Below are positions 9,881 through 20,255 of a DNA stretch of 64,000 bases, in pieces. The notes below the pieces were generated by a model. That model worked only from the letters and a program-made list of their open reading frames with translations. It was not told where the DNA came from and made no database searches. Within the stretch, counting starts at the first letter, position 1. Each line of letters opens with the position of its first letter. Origin of the DNA: Candidatus Poribacteria bacterium (GTDB lineage: Bacteria > Poribacteria > WGA-4E > PCPOR2b). Position numbers and translations under genes: made by a program. The stretch is from NCBI GenBank assembly GCA_965208325.1, contig OZ242326.1, forward strand, positions 854,725 to 918,724, in the 5' to 3' direction.

Positions 9881-11102
9881 GGCGTTCTCGGAGTTCCGCC
9901 GCAATGTGCTTCATCTCAGTGGCCTTCAGCAGCAGCTCATAATTCCCATGCCACTGCACGAAATCTGCGCCGCCCATAAATGCGCCGTGTTTGGCGGTCC
10001 GTCCATAATAATGCCACAGGTCGAAATAGATAAATTCTATCGGCTCATCGAAAGGATCGGGCGTAAGCAAACCCTCCTGCCGAAGTTCAGTCATTAACGC
10101 TTTCGCTTCGGATATCTTCGCGTTCGTCGCTTCAACAACCCCTTCAGCTTCTTGATAAATTCTCTCCACATGCGTTTGGGCGTGACATTTCAGGCAGGTC
10201 TCTTTCATCGCGCTCTGTGCCTGATGATAGGTTGGTCGCTGCTTTGACACCGGCGAGAATAACCAGTACGATAACCGCTCTGACGTGTCGTGCGTAACCT
10301 TCAAGCCTTCCAATCCGCTAAGGTGGCAGGTCGAACATGTGGGTACAGACATATCAGCGGTGGATAGATGTTTCGGATCAGCGCCGAGATTCATCTCGCG
10401 TTTCTGTGCGTTGTAAAGTACGCCGTGTTTCGACTCATGGAAAATCTCGATTTGCGAGTGATCCGGACCCATGTGGCATTGTCCGCAGGTCTCGGGTTCC
10501 CGTGCGAGCGCGACTGATGTAGTGTGCCACGCGTGGCAATGCGTGCATGTACCGATTGATCCGTCCGAGTTCGGCTTGCCGATGTCGTGACAGCCTAAAC
10601 ATCCAACATCAATAGCGCTTTGCCCTTCTCTCTGCGCGAGTTGATTGGCAGCACGATTGACCGCCCCTTCATGGTAAGTTTCCGCAAATTCAATCTGTTC
10701 AACCGTGAAATCCTGCTTACCTCGGACGGCTGCCCAAGCCGGCGCGCCGTGGCGGCTCTTGATAAACTGCTGGTACTCAGTCGTGTGGCACTGGCTACAG
10801 TTTTTCGCCGTAAGTTCCCCGGCGATGGTGAATCCGTTATGCGGCTGCTGTGCTTGCCCTTCTAGCGCTTGGTGACAATCGAGGCAGGTCACGCCGCTAT
10901 TCGCATGACGGCTTCTTTCAAATTGATGTACGACCGCTGAGGTCTCTCTTCGATGGCATGTTGCACACTTGCCAGTCGCTCGCACAAACTCGGCTTTCGG
11001 TTGCTCCGTCTCGTGAGCCGGGCGTCTTGCATTGAAAAACACCGCGCCCACAATGAAGGCAGCGCCCACAACCACACTGATGAAAATTGCTCTGAACGTC
11101 AT
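9867..11102 (-). CDS. octaheme c-type cytochrome (HAO/Otr-like multiheme family), N-terminally membrane-anchored
   Basis: Eight CXXCH motifs (CATCH, CLDCH, CSQCH, CLGCH, CTHCH, CGQCH, CSTCH, CLKCH) in 411 aa. N-terminal TM 'AIFISVVVGAAFIVGAVFF'. Confidence 0.7.
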   Translation of the reverse strand: MTFRAIFISVVVGAAFIVGAVFFNARRPAHETEQPKAEFVRATGKCATCHRRETSAVVHQFERSRHANSGVTCLDCHQALEGQAQQPHNGFTIAGELTAKNCSQCHTTEYQQFIKSRHGAPAWAAVRGKQDFTVEQIEFAETYHEGAVNRAANQLAQREGQSAIDVGCLGCHDIGKPNSDGSIGTCTHCHAWHTTSVALAREPETCGQCHMGPDHSQIEIFHESKHGVLYNAQKREMNLGADPKHLSTADMSVPTCSTCHLSGLEGLKVTHDTSERLSYWLFSPVSKQRPTYHQAQSAMKETCLKCHAQTHVERIYQEAEGVVEATNAKISEAKALMTELRQEGLLTPDPFDEPIEFIYFDLWHYYGRTAKHGAFMGGADFVQWHGNYELLLKATEMKHIAAELRERHAKP

Positions 11103-11495
11103 TTGTGCCCTCTGATTATTTTCTGCCTACGCCCCGGATTTCCCATATGTGAATGGTACATGTACATGCTATCGAAGCCGATATTGACCAACTCAACATC
11201 GGAATCTGAAGCAAACTGCGTTTCCACCTAGTGGAGTGATAAGGTGAGATTTAGAAACGACTTCATGGTGCTGCAAGTAATTTACGCAAATTATACGACA
11301 AGAAGTCACCCAAGATCAAGTTAGCTTCCACGAGTTTTGATTGCGCAACGCATTTGATCGCATTATAATACCCTATCTGTAATTTTCACTGAACGATAAA
11401 TTCTATAAGTGCCTATCCGCCAAAAACACCGCCTACACTATACGAAAATCGCAGTTAATCCGTCAATCCCGTGAATTACCAGTAAATAGGAGATT

Positions 11496-12275
11496 ATGGT
11501 TAGCGAAGAGGTTACAGGCGGCTCGCGTGTCGCCATCGTTACAGGGGCAGCTAGTGGAATTGGACGCGCTATTGCCGAAGCGTTCGCGCTTGGCGGCATC
11601 CAAGTAATCGTAGCCGATTTTAACAGAGAACAGGGACAGGCTGTCGCTGACGCGGCGGGCGGCGACTTGGTAGTTGTGGATCTCGCTTTAAAAGATGACT
11701 GCCGCCGTTTGGTGCACGAAACACTGGCACTCCATGGCAGAATTGACATTTTGGTCAATAACGCAGGGATGCAGCATGTTGATCCTATTGAGATGTTTCC
11801 TGAGGAGATTTGGGATAGGATGCTGGCGGTGATGCTCACCGCTCCGTTTTTACTCACCAAATATGTTTGGCGAACGATGACAGCGTCCGGTTGGGGGCGC
11901 ATTGTGAATGTCGGTTCGATTCACAGCCGAGTCGCATCGCCCTTTAAGAGCGCCTACGTGACAGCCAAGCACGGTCTCATCGGTCTCACGCGCACTGCCG
12001 CACTGGAAGGCGGCGCGCACGGCATTACCGTCAACGCAATTTGCCCCGCCTATGTGGATTCCGCCCTTACGGAAGACCAAATCGCCGATCAGGCACGTAC
12101 GCGTGCACTCTCGCCCCAAGAAGTAATTGCGCAAGTTATGTTGGAACCTGCTGCAATCAAACGGCTCATTGCACCTGAAGAGGTGGCGTCGCTAGTCGCC
12201 TACTTGTGTTCGGACGCCGCTAACGCCGTCACTGGGGCGGACTGGACGATTGATTTAGGCTGGACGGCGCGCTAA
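11496..12275 (+). CDS. SDR family oxidoreductase, 3-hydroxybutyrate dehydrogenase-like
   Basis: '[16 protein letters not shown]' cofactor site, 'NNAG', catalytic 'YVTAKHG' (YxxxK), about 259 aa. Confidence 0.75.
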   Translation: MVSEEVTGGSRVAIVTGAASGIGRAIAEAFALGGIQVIVADFNREQGQAVADAAGGDLVVVDLALKDDCRRLVHETLALHGRIDILVNNAGMQHVDPIEMFPEEIWDRMLAVMLTAPFLLTKYVWRTMTASGWGRIVNVGSIHSRVASPFKSAYVTAKHGLIGLTRTAALEGGAHGITVNAICPAYVDSALTEDQIADQARTRALSPQEVIAQVMLEPAAIKRLIAPEEVASLVAYLCSDAANAVTGADWTIDLGWTAR

Positions 12276-12332
12276 CCGAGAAAAACCGTAAACCTGATGA
12301 ATGAACACAAGCTGAAGAAGCGGATTTAGAGC

Positions 12333-13523
12333 TTGGGTGTTCATCACTATGCACCATGCACAAACGCACTTTCCGCGCGTGGAGGACGTACTTTGCCTGA
12401 GGACATTTACGATGCGATTATCATCGGCGCCGGAGGTATGGGGAGTGCAACAGCATATCACCTTGCCAGCTCTGGCGCCAAAACGCTGGTATTGGAACAA
12501 TTTTCCCGCGGACATGCACTCGGCAGTTCGCACGGAGATAGCCGGATTATTCGTCTTGCCTACGAGAAAACGATCTATGTGAAGTTGATGAAATCTGCAT
12601 ACGCAGAATGGCGTAAGCTGGAGGCGGCGTCAGGGAAGAAACTGCTGTACGACACCGGTGGTATTACAATTGCTCCTAAAGAGCACGATTATATCATTGG
12701 TTTGCGTAACAGCTTAGAGGCGGCGGGCGTTGAATCGGAATGGTGGGACAGAAGGCAGGTTTCCCAGCGTTTCCCTCAATTTGAGATTGATGACAACGTG
12801 TGCGTGCTGTGGCAAGCAGATACCGGTTTCCTCTACGCCTCCGAGTGTGTTTCAACGCATTTGCAGCTGGCTGAAAGTCACGGCGCTGAGATTCGAGAAA
12901 ACACCTGTGTCAGCAATATCGACTGGCAGCGCAGTGTTGCTCAGGTAATCGCTAATGGCGAATCCTTCAAAGGAATAAACGTGATTGTAACCGCCGGACC
13001 TTGGACAACTTCCATTCTCAGCACACTTGAACTCCCCTTGACAGTAACCCGTCAGCAGGTCGTTTATTTCCGTCCCACAGACGTAAACCTATTTCAACCG
13101 GGAAGATTCCCCGTCTTCATCGAAATATCACAAGGCGAGTTCATCTACGGGATACCAATCTTCAAATTTGGCGGCGTAAAGGCTGCCCGGCACGGGTTGG
13201 GGGAAACAGTATCACCGGACAAATGCGACCGCAACCCTAGCGCAGACTATATAGAGCATTTGCACGCTTATCTGAAGGCACGCATTCCCGATGCCGCCGG
13301 CGAGTTGCTTCACGCTCAAGTTTGCCTGTACACGGAGACTCCCGATGGCGACTTTATAATCGACACCCATCCTGACTGTCCGCAACTCATCATTGCGGCG
13401 GGGTTTTCCGGTCATGGGTTTAAGTTCTGTAGTCTTGTGGGGCGCATTCTTGCGGAATTAACTTCTTCCGGTAAAACGAACTTCGACGTTCGGCCATTCA
13501 GTGTGGCGCGATTCGCGCCGTGA
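12333..13523 (+). CDS. monomeric sarcosine oxidase / N-methyl-L-tryptophan oxidase family FAD oxidase
   Basis: 'YDAIIIGAGGMGSATAYHLA' dinucleotide fold, 'GSSHGDSRIIRLAYE', C-terminal 'GFSGHGFKFCSLVG' (the covalent-FAD Cys region of MSOX/MTOX). The start is probably a non-ATG codon. Confidence 0.65.
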   Translation: MGVHHYAPCTNALSARGGRTLPEDIYDAIIIGAGGMGSATAYHLASSGAKTLVLEQFSRGHALGSSHGDSRIIRLAYEKTIYVKLMKSAYAEWRKLEAASGKKLLYDTGGITIAPKEHDYIIGLRNSLEAAGVESEWWDRRQVSQRFPQFEIDDNVCVLWQADTGFLYASECVSTHLQLAESHGAEIRENTCVSNIDWQRSVAQVIANGESFKGINVIVTAGPWTTSILSTLELPLTVTRQQVVYFRPTDVNLFQPGRFPVFIEISQGEFIYGIPIFKFGGVKAARHGLGETVSPDKCDRNPSADYIEHLHAYLKARIPDAAGELLHAQVCLYTETPDGDFIIDTHPDCPQLIIAAGFSGHGFKFCSLVGRILAELTSSGKTNFDVRPFSVARFAP

Positions 13524-13599
13524 GGGCAAACACCAAAATAGACTCAGTGAAACTTCTCAGAGCATACGTCCGCTCCTAAATTAATCTCGTCAGAGTTGG

Positions 13600-14190
13600 G
13601 TGCCAACCACATCAGAACCCATGAACACGCAATCACATGTGATTATCAATGCCGCACTGCTGAGTCGGAAGGATAAGCCGCATCTGCAGCGCTACTTGCT
13701 TTTGGGTGCATTGATACCAGACCTGCCGATGTTTGTCTTTTTCGTTGTCGAAGCGTTCATGTTTGGACATCCTCAACAACAGATTTGGTCAGAACGCTAT
13801 TTTCTCCCGCAATGGCAAAACTTCATTGACATTTTCAACGCCGTGCCGCTCATACTGATTGTTCTCGGAATTGGTTACCGCCTCAAGTCCGAGGCGGTTA
13901 AATTCTGCTGCTTGAGCATGCTGTTACACTGCGCCGCGGATTTTTTCCTGCATCACGACGACGCCCATCGGCATTTTTTCCCATTACTACAATTCAGATT
14001 CAGCAGCCCAATCTCATACTGGGATGCAGCCCGTTACGGGCGCATTGTTTCGCTCATTGAAATCGTGATAACAATCTTGGCTTCCATCTACCTTTTTCCT
14101 CGACTAAATTCCCGCATCGCGCGAGGCGTTTTAATTGCCGTGAATTGCCTCTCCGTGCTCCTCTACATCGGCTTTGCAACACTGAATTAA
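13600..14190 (+). CDS. hypothetical integral membrane protein
   Basis: 196 aa with four or five hydrophobic helices and a His-rich segment 'LLHCAADFFLHHDDAHRHFFP'. No recognisable family. Confidence 0.4.
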   Translation: MPTTSEPMNTQSHVIINAALLSRKDKPHLQRYLLLGALIPDLPMFVFFVVEAFMFGHPQQQIWSERYFLPQWQNFIDIFNAVPLILIVLGIGYRLKSEAVKFCCLSMLLHCAADFFLHHDDAHRHFFPLLQFRFSSPISYWDAARYGRIVSLIEIVITILASIYLFPRLNSRIARGVLIAVNCLSVLLYIGFATLN

Positions 14191-14226
14191 CCGACCGCTT
14201 ATACCCTTGATGCAGTGAGCCGCTGG

Positions 14227-15108
14227 TTACACATGCAGTCGATCAATCAAGGCACGCAGGTTTCGCATGCAGTGCCGCGACGCTTCTTCTCCACCTTGGG
14301 AAAACGCGGTGCCACCCGGGCGATTAAGCTGGTCGTCGTCGATTCTCAGACTTGGGCGCCAATGCGTTTCCAAACAGAGGTGTCCACGATACCCATCATC
14401 AACAAAAGCCTGAAGTTGCCCGAGCCAATCAATCGTACCTTCACCGACAGCGACGCATTCGATTTTACCGGTCACAGGGTTTTTTAGCGCGTCCTTCAAG
14501 TGAGCATGAACCATTAGTGTTTTGAGGCGGTGATAGGCGTTAGGGTAAGGTATTTCTCCATCCTTATCCGCATGGGCTTCATTTGCTGGGTCCCAGATGG
14601 CGCGGACGTTTGGCGATTTGATTTCGCGCACAAATCGTTCCGTCAGTTTGGCAGTCGCGAGCGAAGTAGAATGTTCGTTTTCCATACCCAAGATTACCCC
14701 TTCATGCTCAGCAATCCGCACCGGTTCAAAATAGGCGGCGACAATTTCAGGCCAACGCTCCTCCGTGTTATCCGTCTTCCAGAATGCGAAGGTGCGAACC
14801 AGATTGGTGTCAAGCGCCTTCGCTAGATTGATACACCGCTTCAGTATATTCAGATGCTCCCTGCGTTCATTTTTATTGTCAATGTCACATTTCAAGAACG
14901 GCGAAGCGATTCCGGCAATCTTGAGGTTTGTCCCTTTCAAAATCCGTTTCATTTCACCGATGTCGGTCTCGGACAAATCCTGCGGCGGCTTTCCCCACAC
15001 GGTCCTAATCTCAATGGAATCGAGTTTGAACGACGTTGCAAAATCTACAACCGTTTGAAAGTCCTGTGACACCTCGTCACTGACAACACCAATTTTGAAC
15101 ATCTGCAT
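14227..15108 (-). CDS. sugar phosphate isomerase/epimerase (xylose-isomerase-like TIM barrel)
   Basis: 'KIGVVSDEVSQDFQTVVDFATSFKLDSIEIR', typical of the AP_endonuc_2 / xylose-isomerase-like fold. 293 aa. Confidence 0.6.
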   Translation of the reverse strand: MQMFKIGVVSDEVSQDFQTVVDFATSFKLDSIEIRTVWGKPPQDLSETDIGEMKRILKGTNLKIAGIASPFLKCDIDNKNERREHLNILKRCINLAKALDTNLVRTFAFWKTDNTEERWPEIVAAYFEPVRIAEHEGVILGMENEHSTSLATAKLTERFVREIKSPNVRAIWDPANEAHADKDGEIPYPNAYHRLKTLMVHAHLKDALKNPVTGKIECVAVGEGTIDWLGQLQAFVDDGYRGHLCLETHWRPSLRIDDDQLNRPGGTAFSQGGEEASRHCMRNLRALIDRLHV

Positions 15109-15124
15109 CTACTCCAAGCGTAAG

Positions 15125-16750
15125 TTAACGCCAAGGGTCGCCCGTATAACGATGGCGGAGCGACTTCTTGTCAAGTTTGCCCACACTGGTCTTCGGAATT
15201 TCATCTACGAATGAAATTTTGTCGGGCAACCAAAATTTTGGGAACTTTGAATCGAGGTGCAAAACTAGTTCTTCTTCCGTTACGGCGCCTGCGTCCGAAT
15301 CCAAAACAACAACTGCAAGCGGCCGCTCAATCCACCGTTCATCGGGTATTGCAATGACTGCGGCTTCCCTTACCTTGGGGTGATCCAAAAGTGCGTTTTC
15401 GATTTCGAGGCTTGAAATCCATTCACCGCCGCTTTTTACTAGGTCTTTCGCACGGTCGACTATCTGCATGCACCCATCGGTGCTAATCACCGCCACGTCG
15501 CCGGTACGAAACCATCCATCCGTAGTGAAGTGCTCTGGACTGGGCTTAACCTTGTAATAGCTATTGGCAACCCACGGCCCGCGGACTTGCAGTTCGCCCA
15601 TCGCAACACCGTCCCAAGGTAATAATTCGCCTGTTTCATCCACAATGCGCATCTCGACACCCGCAAGGGGGTAACCCTGCTTTGCTTTGATATCCCATTG
15701 GGCGTGTTCTAAGATTGCGCTATGATGGCTCTGCAGATTCAACAGCGTTCCAACCGGTGATGTCTCTGTCATACCCCATCCTTGCATCACATTGACATGC
15801 AACTCTGTCTCGTAGGCTTGAATAAGAGGACGGGGCATAGCGGCGCCTCCTACCGCCAATGTGCGGATATGTGATGTATCCCTTGGTTTTGTCTTTAGCT
15901 CTTCATACAAACCTGACCAGAGCGTCGGCACCCCTGCGGGTACCGTAACCTTTTGGTCCGCGATCATTTGTGCCAGATCGGAAGGTTTTAGATATTGTCC
16001 AGGCAAAACCATATCCGCTCCGGCAAATGCGCAGGCGTATGGCAACCCCCACGCCATAGCATGGTACATCGGTACAGCCGGCATGACCACGTCTTGTTCG
16101 CTTAAGGCGAATGCGTTTGCGTGGCTAATTCCCATCGTGTGCAGATACACGGATCGGTGGCTGTAAAGCACACCCTTTGGATTTCCCGTGGTGCCGCTCG
16201 TGTAACACAAGCCCATTGCCGCTTTTTCGTCCATGCCGCTCCATTCATAATCCTCGAACGCTTGCGCCATCAAATCTTCGTAAAAACTGACGTTAGGCAG
16301 TTTCGTTTGCACCCCGGAATCGACGTTGAACAAGACATAGTGCTCCACGCAGCCAATCTGATCGGCGGCCTGCTCGAATACCGGCAACACGGCCGCGTCA
16401 ATAAACACAGCCTTATCCTCCGCATGATTTACGACATAAGCGAGTAGTTCAGGAGATAGGCGGATGTTCAACGTGTGACACACTGCGGCGGTGCACGGCA
16501 CTGCGAAATACAATTCGAGGTGTTGAAAACTGTTCCATGCAAAGGTGCCCACCCGGTCGCCCGATTCGATGCCTAGAGCGCCCAACACGTTTGCCAGCCG
16601 TTTAACGCGATGATAAAGATCGGCGTATGAATACCGGTGCATAGTGCCGCCGGGAAGCTTTGTGGTAACCTGCTTGTGTGGATGCATGCGGTAAGCGTGT
16701 TCCAAAATACGGTCTATTGTGAGTTGGTAATCCATCATTAGACCTTCCAT
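15125..16750 (-). CDS. AMP-dependent acyl-CoA synthetase (fatty-acid-CoA ligase)
   Basis: AMP-binding signature '[14 protein letters not shown]', N-terminal '[15 protein letters not shown]', about 540 aa. Confidence 0.8.
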   Translation of the reverse strand: MEGLMMDYQLTIDRILEHAYRMHPHKQVTTKLPGGTMHRYSYADLYHRVKRLANVLGALGIESGDRVGTFAWNSFQHLELYFAVPCTAAVCHTLNIRLSPELLAYVVNHAEDKAVFIDAAVLPVFEQAADQIGCVEHYVLFNVDSGVQTKLPNVSFYEDLMAQAFEDYEWSGMDEKAAMGLCYTSGTTGNPKGVLYSHRSVYLHTMGISHANAFALSEQDVVMPAVPMYHAMAWGLPYACAFAGADMVLPGQYLKPSDLAQMIADQKVTVPAGVPTLWSGLYEELKTKPRDTSHIRTLAVGGAAMPRPLIQAYETELHVNVMQGWGMTETSPVGTLLNLQSHHSAILEHAQWDIKAKQGYPLAGVEMRIVDETGELLPWDGVAMGELQVRGPWVANSYYKVKPSPEHFTTDGWFRTGDVAVISTDGCMQIVDRAKDLVKSGGEWISSLEIENALLDHPKVREAAVIAIPDERWIERPLAVVVLDSDAGAVTEEELVLHLDSKFPKFWLPDKISFVDEIPKTSVGKLDKKSLRHRYTGDPWR

Positions 16751-16868
16751 TGATATTGCTCCTCAAACGAGTTAACCTGGTTAGCCGTAATTCAACAATC
16801 AATCCTCGGATTCACCGTTCCGTGCACAGCGCCTTGAACGTGACACCCCGTCTTCATCGTAATGGACG

Positions 16869-19800
16869 CTAAGACAGTTCATTCAGCAGAGCCTTTGCCA
16901 GCTTGAGATCTGCAGTATCAAATCCCTCCGTGAACCAGCCGTAAACCTGACTAAGCATGGTTCGAGCTTCCTCTTGTCTACCTTGCGTCTGCCACAGGCG
17001 GCTCAAACTTACTGCTGCCCGCAACTCTAAAGATTTTGCATTCTGCCGCCGCGCGATTTCGAAAGCTCGGCGCAAACACACCTCGGCATCTGATACGGCA
17101 TCGCCTTCCAATAACAACAGTTCTCCTTTGATTCGATACAATTCGGCTTCAAATAAACGTTCGTCACTATCGGAAACTGCCGCTAACGCATCATTCAGTA
17201 CGTAATGTCCTTCCTTCGGCTTTCCCGCTTTCAAAAACGATTCTGCCAACAGGGCTTGAAAATATGGGCGCAATATTTCCGCGCCGGTTGCACGCCAGTC
17301 CGCCAGCCCCTGTTGCATTTGTGCAATTCCCGCGGTTTCCATGCCCTGCTCGGATTGCGCCCAACCCTCACCAAAGGTTCCTGCAGATGCCCAGAGCGTA
17401 AATCCTTGTTCAGTTGAAATCTTTTTCACCGCTTCCGCCTGCGCTTCGGCAGTTTCCACTTCGCGCCGGCACTGATGAACCATTCCAGCGAAATACAACG
17501 CAACCGCCATGCTGAATGGGTGGTCTATCGATTTAGCAAGGCCTAACACCTCATGAATCCTTTTCATGGCTTGGTCCGGGTAGCCAAGAACCCACAGTAC
17601 GGCACCTGAATAGGATAGACATGTGAGACGGGCGTCCGCCAAATAATGGAAGAAAGTGCGGGAACGGTGTTCCTGCGAGTCATAAAGTTTAATGCCGTGC
17701 TCTAAGTGTTCTTCAGAAGCAACTAAGTCTCCAAGATAACACAAAGTTGCCCCTAACGCCCGATATGCTTCCAAAAGCAAAGCACGGTCTTCTGTCTGCT
17801 CAGCCAGTTTGAGCAGTTGCTCTCCCAGCTCGCGCGCCGCCTGTAACTCCGCCCTTACTAAATGCGCTAACCACAGCCCGAACAGCACGGGGAATAGTTG
17901 AGGACTTTCGCCCAACTCCTGGCAGAGTTCGCGTGCGCGAGTGTAGGCGTCTACTACTTCTGAAGCTGCATATCCTCTAGTGGCTATTAACGCCGGACCA
18001 AGGGTGGTTTGCAATTTGAGTTCATGCTGGGATTTTGCGGGACTATCCGGAAGGGCATTTAACAACTCTAATCCTCTGGATACGTGACGAATTGCTTCTA
18101 CGTTGGCTGACCGTTCAATGGCTCGCTGGCCTGCCCGCTGCCAATAGACTAACGCGTCATTGTCGAGGCTTGCTTCAGCGTAATGGTGGGCTAATACGCC
18201 AGGCTGAGTTTCGGCAACCTCCGGAAATTTCTCCGCCAGAACCTGTGCAATTTGCCGATGGTACTGCCCCCTTGCACTTTTGAGCAGTGAGTGATAAGCA
18301 GCCTCTCGAATAAGGGGGTGCTTGAAAAAATAAAATCCCGATTGGTTGTGTTGCTGGTAACCGAGAAGCCCAGCGTCAACTAACCGAGATAATTCTTTGT
18401 GCAGCGTCTTATCGTCAAGCGGCGAGACCGCGCCGAGTACCTCATCGGAAAACTGGCTTCCCATAACAGCGCCTAGTTGTGCTAACTCTTTGGCTGTGCC
18501 GAGCTGATCTAACCGGGCGGTCAGCGAATCTTGCAGTGTCGTAGGAATTGCCAGCGACAAAAGCGGCTGCGTTAATTCATAACCCCCGTCGCGTTCCTGG
18601 AGGAGACCCGATTCTAAAACCATCTTGGTCAATTCTTCCACAAACAGAGGCACGCCATCCGTCTTCGAAACAATCTGTTTCATCACTTCGGACGGCAGCA
18701 ATTTGCTCTTTGTGACGTGTTCAACCATAATTGCTACCTGTTTCCGAGTTAAGCGGTTTAGCGTAATTGGTGTAACATACGGGCATGAAAGCCACGGCGG
18801 GCTAAAATCCGGGCGAAACGTCAGTAAGGTAAGCAGATTGGGAGTCGAACCTCGATCGACAATGAGGTCGAGCAGTTCTAGCGTGGATGGATCAGCCCAG
18901 TGCAGGTCCTCTACAACGAGCAAAACAGGCTGCCGATTTGCCCGTCCTAGAAAAATCTCAAGCAGGGCTTCAAGTGTTTTTTGCCGCTGTTGCTGGGGGG
19001 TAAGAAATTGAGGCGGGTACCGGCCATCATCATACGGTATAGAAAGGAAGGAAGCAAATAGAGGTAAGTTTTCTTCAACGGAGAGTTTTGAAAATGCAAG
19101 GAAATCTGTTAATTTTGACAACTTTTTCTGCGGCGAATCCCCGCGTTCAAACCCCAACACCGCGCGCTGGAACATGTCAATAATTGGGTAAAGGGCGCTG
19201 TTCTGATGGTATGGCGAACAGCGGCACTCAATTATCGGTGAATTCTCCCACCATGCATCCGATATGTCGTTTGGACGTTTCTCAGAGGATGTTCTACTTT
19301 TAACGTGCTCTTTCAGCATCTGCACCATGCGCGATTTGCCTATTCCGGGTTCGCCGTTAAGCAGCACGACCTGTCCCGCGCCTTCTACACTTTGCTCCCA
19401 ACGCTCCAGCAATAAGCCTACGACCTGCTCACGGCCTACCAGCGGCGTAAGTCCAGTAGTCGCCGCCACATCAATGCGATTGCGAGCTTCACTCGCAATA
19501 ACTTGATACACGCGAATCGGGTAGGATATCCCTTTGAGCGTTCGAGCACCCAACGCTTGACATTCGAAGAATCCCGCAATGAGTCTATAAGTTGCTGCGC
19601 TAACCAACACGGTATTCGGCTCGGCAAGTTCCTGTAAACGGCCGGCGATGTTTGGGGTTTCACCTACGATTGCCATCAATTCCAACTCGCCGCCTTTGCC
19701 CATGTCTCCCGCTACTACCAACCCTGTGTGAATTCCAATGCGAACTTCCAACCGTAGTTCATTTTCCTGTTGAAGGCGTGCATTCAAATTCTCCATTCCC

Positions 19801-20204
19801 TCAATGATCGCCAATCCCGCACGAACCGCACGCTGGGCGTTGTCCTCGTGGGCATGGGGGTAACCGAAGTAGACTAGCAGCCCGTCACCGAAATATCGGG
19901 CGATATGCCCCTCAAAGCGCCTGATGGCTTTAGCACAAACCGCTTGGTAGTCGCCGAGGACATCGCGTAACTCTTCAGGGTCGAGTCTTTCGGAGAGTGA
20001 GGTTGAGCCAGCCAGATCGCAAAACATCACTGTCAACTGGCGGCGGTCCGCTTCAGGAATTTCACGAGGGTTAGAGGCGGGTTTGGCGGACGTTTCGGCA
20101 GGCGGCGCAGGTGCCGCGCGAGAATTGAGTTTCGCGCCGCAATTCATGCAGAATTGGGCTTCTTCCGGATTGGTATGTTCACAAATACGACAACGCATTT
20201 GCAC
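16869..20204 (-). CDS. class III adenylate/guanylate cyclase fused to STAND AAA+ ATPase and TPR/sensor domain, with N-terminal zinc ribbon
   Basis: Zinc ribbon 'CRICEHTNPEEAQFCMNCGAKL', cyclase motif 'LTVMFCDLAGSTSL...RIGIHTGLVVAGDMG', P-loop 'VLLNGEPGIGKSRM', long C-terminal helical/TPR region. 1111 aa. Confidence 0.8.
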   Translation of the reverse strand: MQMRCRICEHTNPEEAQFCMNCGAKLNSRAAPAPPAETSAKPASNPREIPEADRRQLTVMFCDLAGSTSLSERLDPEELRDVLGDYQAVCAKAIRRFEGHIARYFGDGLLVYFGYPHAHEDNAQRAVRAGLAIIEGMENLNARLQQENELRLEVRIGIHTGLVVAGDMGKGGELELMAIVGETPNIAGRLQELAEPNTVLVSAATYRLIAGFFECQALGARTLKGISYPIRVYQVIASEARNRIDVAATTGLTPLVGREQVVGLLLERWEQSVEGAGQVVLLNGEPGIGKSRMVQMLKEHVKSRTSSEKRPNDISDAWWENSPIIECRCSPYHQNSALYPIIDMFQRAVLGFERGDSPQKKLSKLTDFLAFSKLSVEENLPLFASFLSIPYDDGRYPPQFLTPQQQRQKTLEALLEIFLGRANRQPVLLVVEDLHWADPSTLELLDLIVDRGSTPNLLTLLTFRPDFSPPWLSCPYVTPITLNRLTRKQVAIMVEHVTKSKLLPSEVMKQIVSKTDGVPLFVEELTKMVLESGLLQERDGGYELTQPLLSLAIPTTLQDSLTARLDQLGTAKELAQLGAVMGSQFSDEVLGAVSPLDDKTLHKELSRLVDAGLLGYQQHNQSGFYFFKHPLIREAAYHSLLKSARGQYHRQIAQVLAEKFPEVAETQPGVLAHHYAEASLDNDALVYWQRAGQRAIERSANVEAIRHVSRGLELLNALPDSPAKSQHELKLQTTLGPALIATRGYAASEVVDAYTRARELCQELGESPQLFPVLFGLWLAHLVRAELQAARELGEQLLKLAEQTEDRALLLEAYRALGATLCYLGDLVASEEHLEHGIKLYDSQEHRSRTFFHYLADARLTCLSYSGAVLWVLGYPDQAMKRIHEVLGLAKSIDHPFSMAVALYFAGMVHQCRREVETAEAQAEAVKKISTEQGFTLWASAGTFGEGWAQSEQGMETAGIAQMQQGLADWRATGAEILRPYFQALLAESFLKAGKPKEGHYVLNDALAAVSDSDERLFEAELYRIKGELLLLEGDAVSDAEVCLRRAFEIARRQNAKSLELRAAVSLSRLWQTQGRQEEARTMLSQVYGWFTEGFDTADLKLAKALLNELS

Positions 20205-20255
20205 AACTCCAAATTGGGCATGATGCTCAACTCTAATACAAAATGAATTGTGCGT

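Noticed and set aside
9089-9904. NrfD/PsrC-type or cytochrome b561-type annotation for the membrane protein downstream of the octaheme cytochrome
   Set aside because: The helix count and His spacing do not obviously fit either family from sequence alone, so it is left as an unassigned polytopic protein.
12333-12582. Overlapping 81-aa ORF 12337-12582 (+2 frame)
   Set aside because: It sits inside the MSOX-like gene's N-terminal region, and its composition is typical of an alternative frame of a GC-rich gene.
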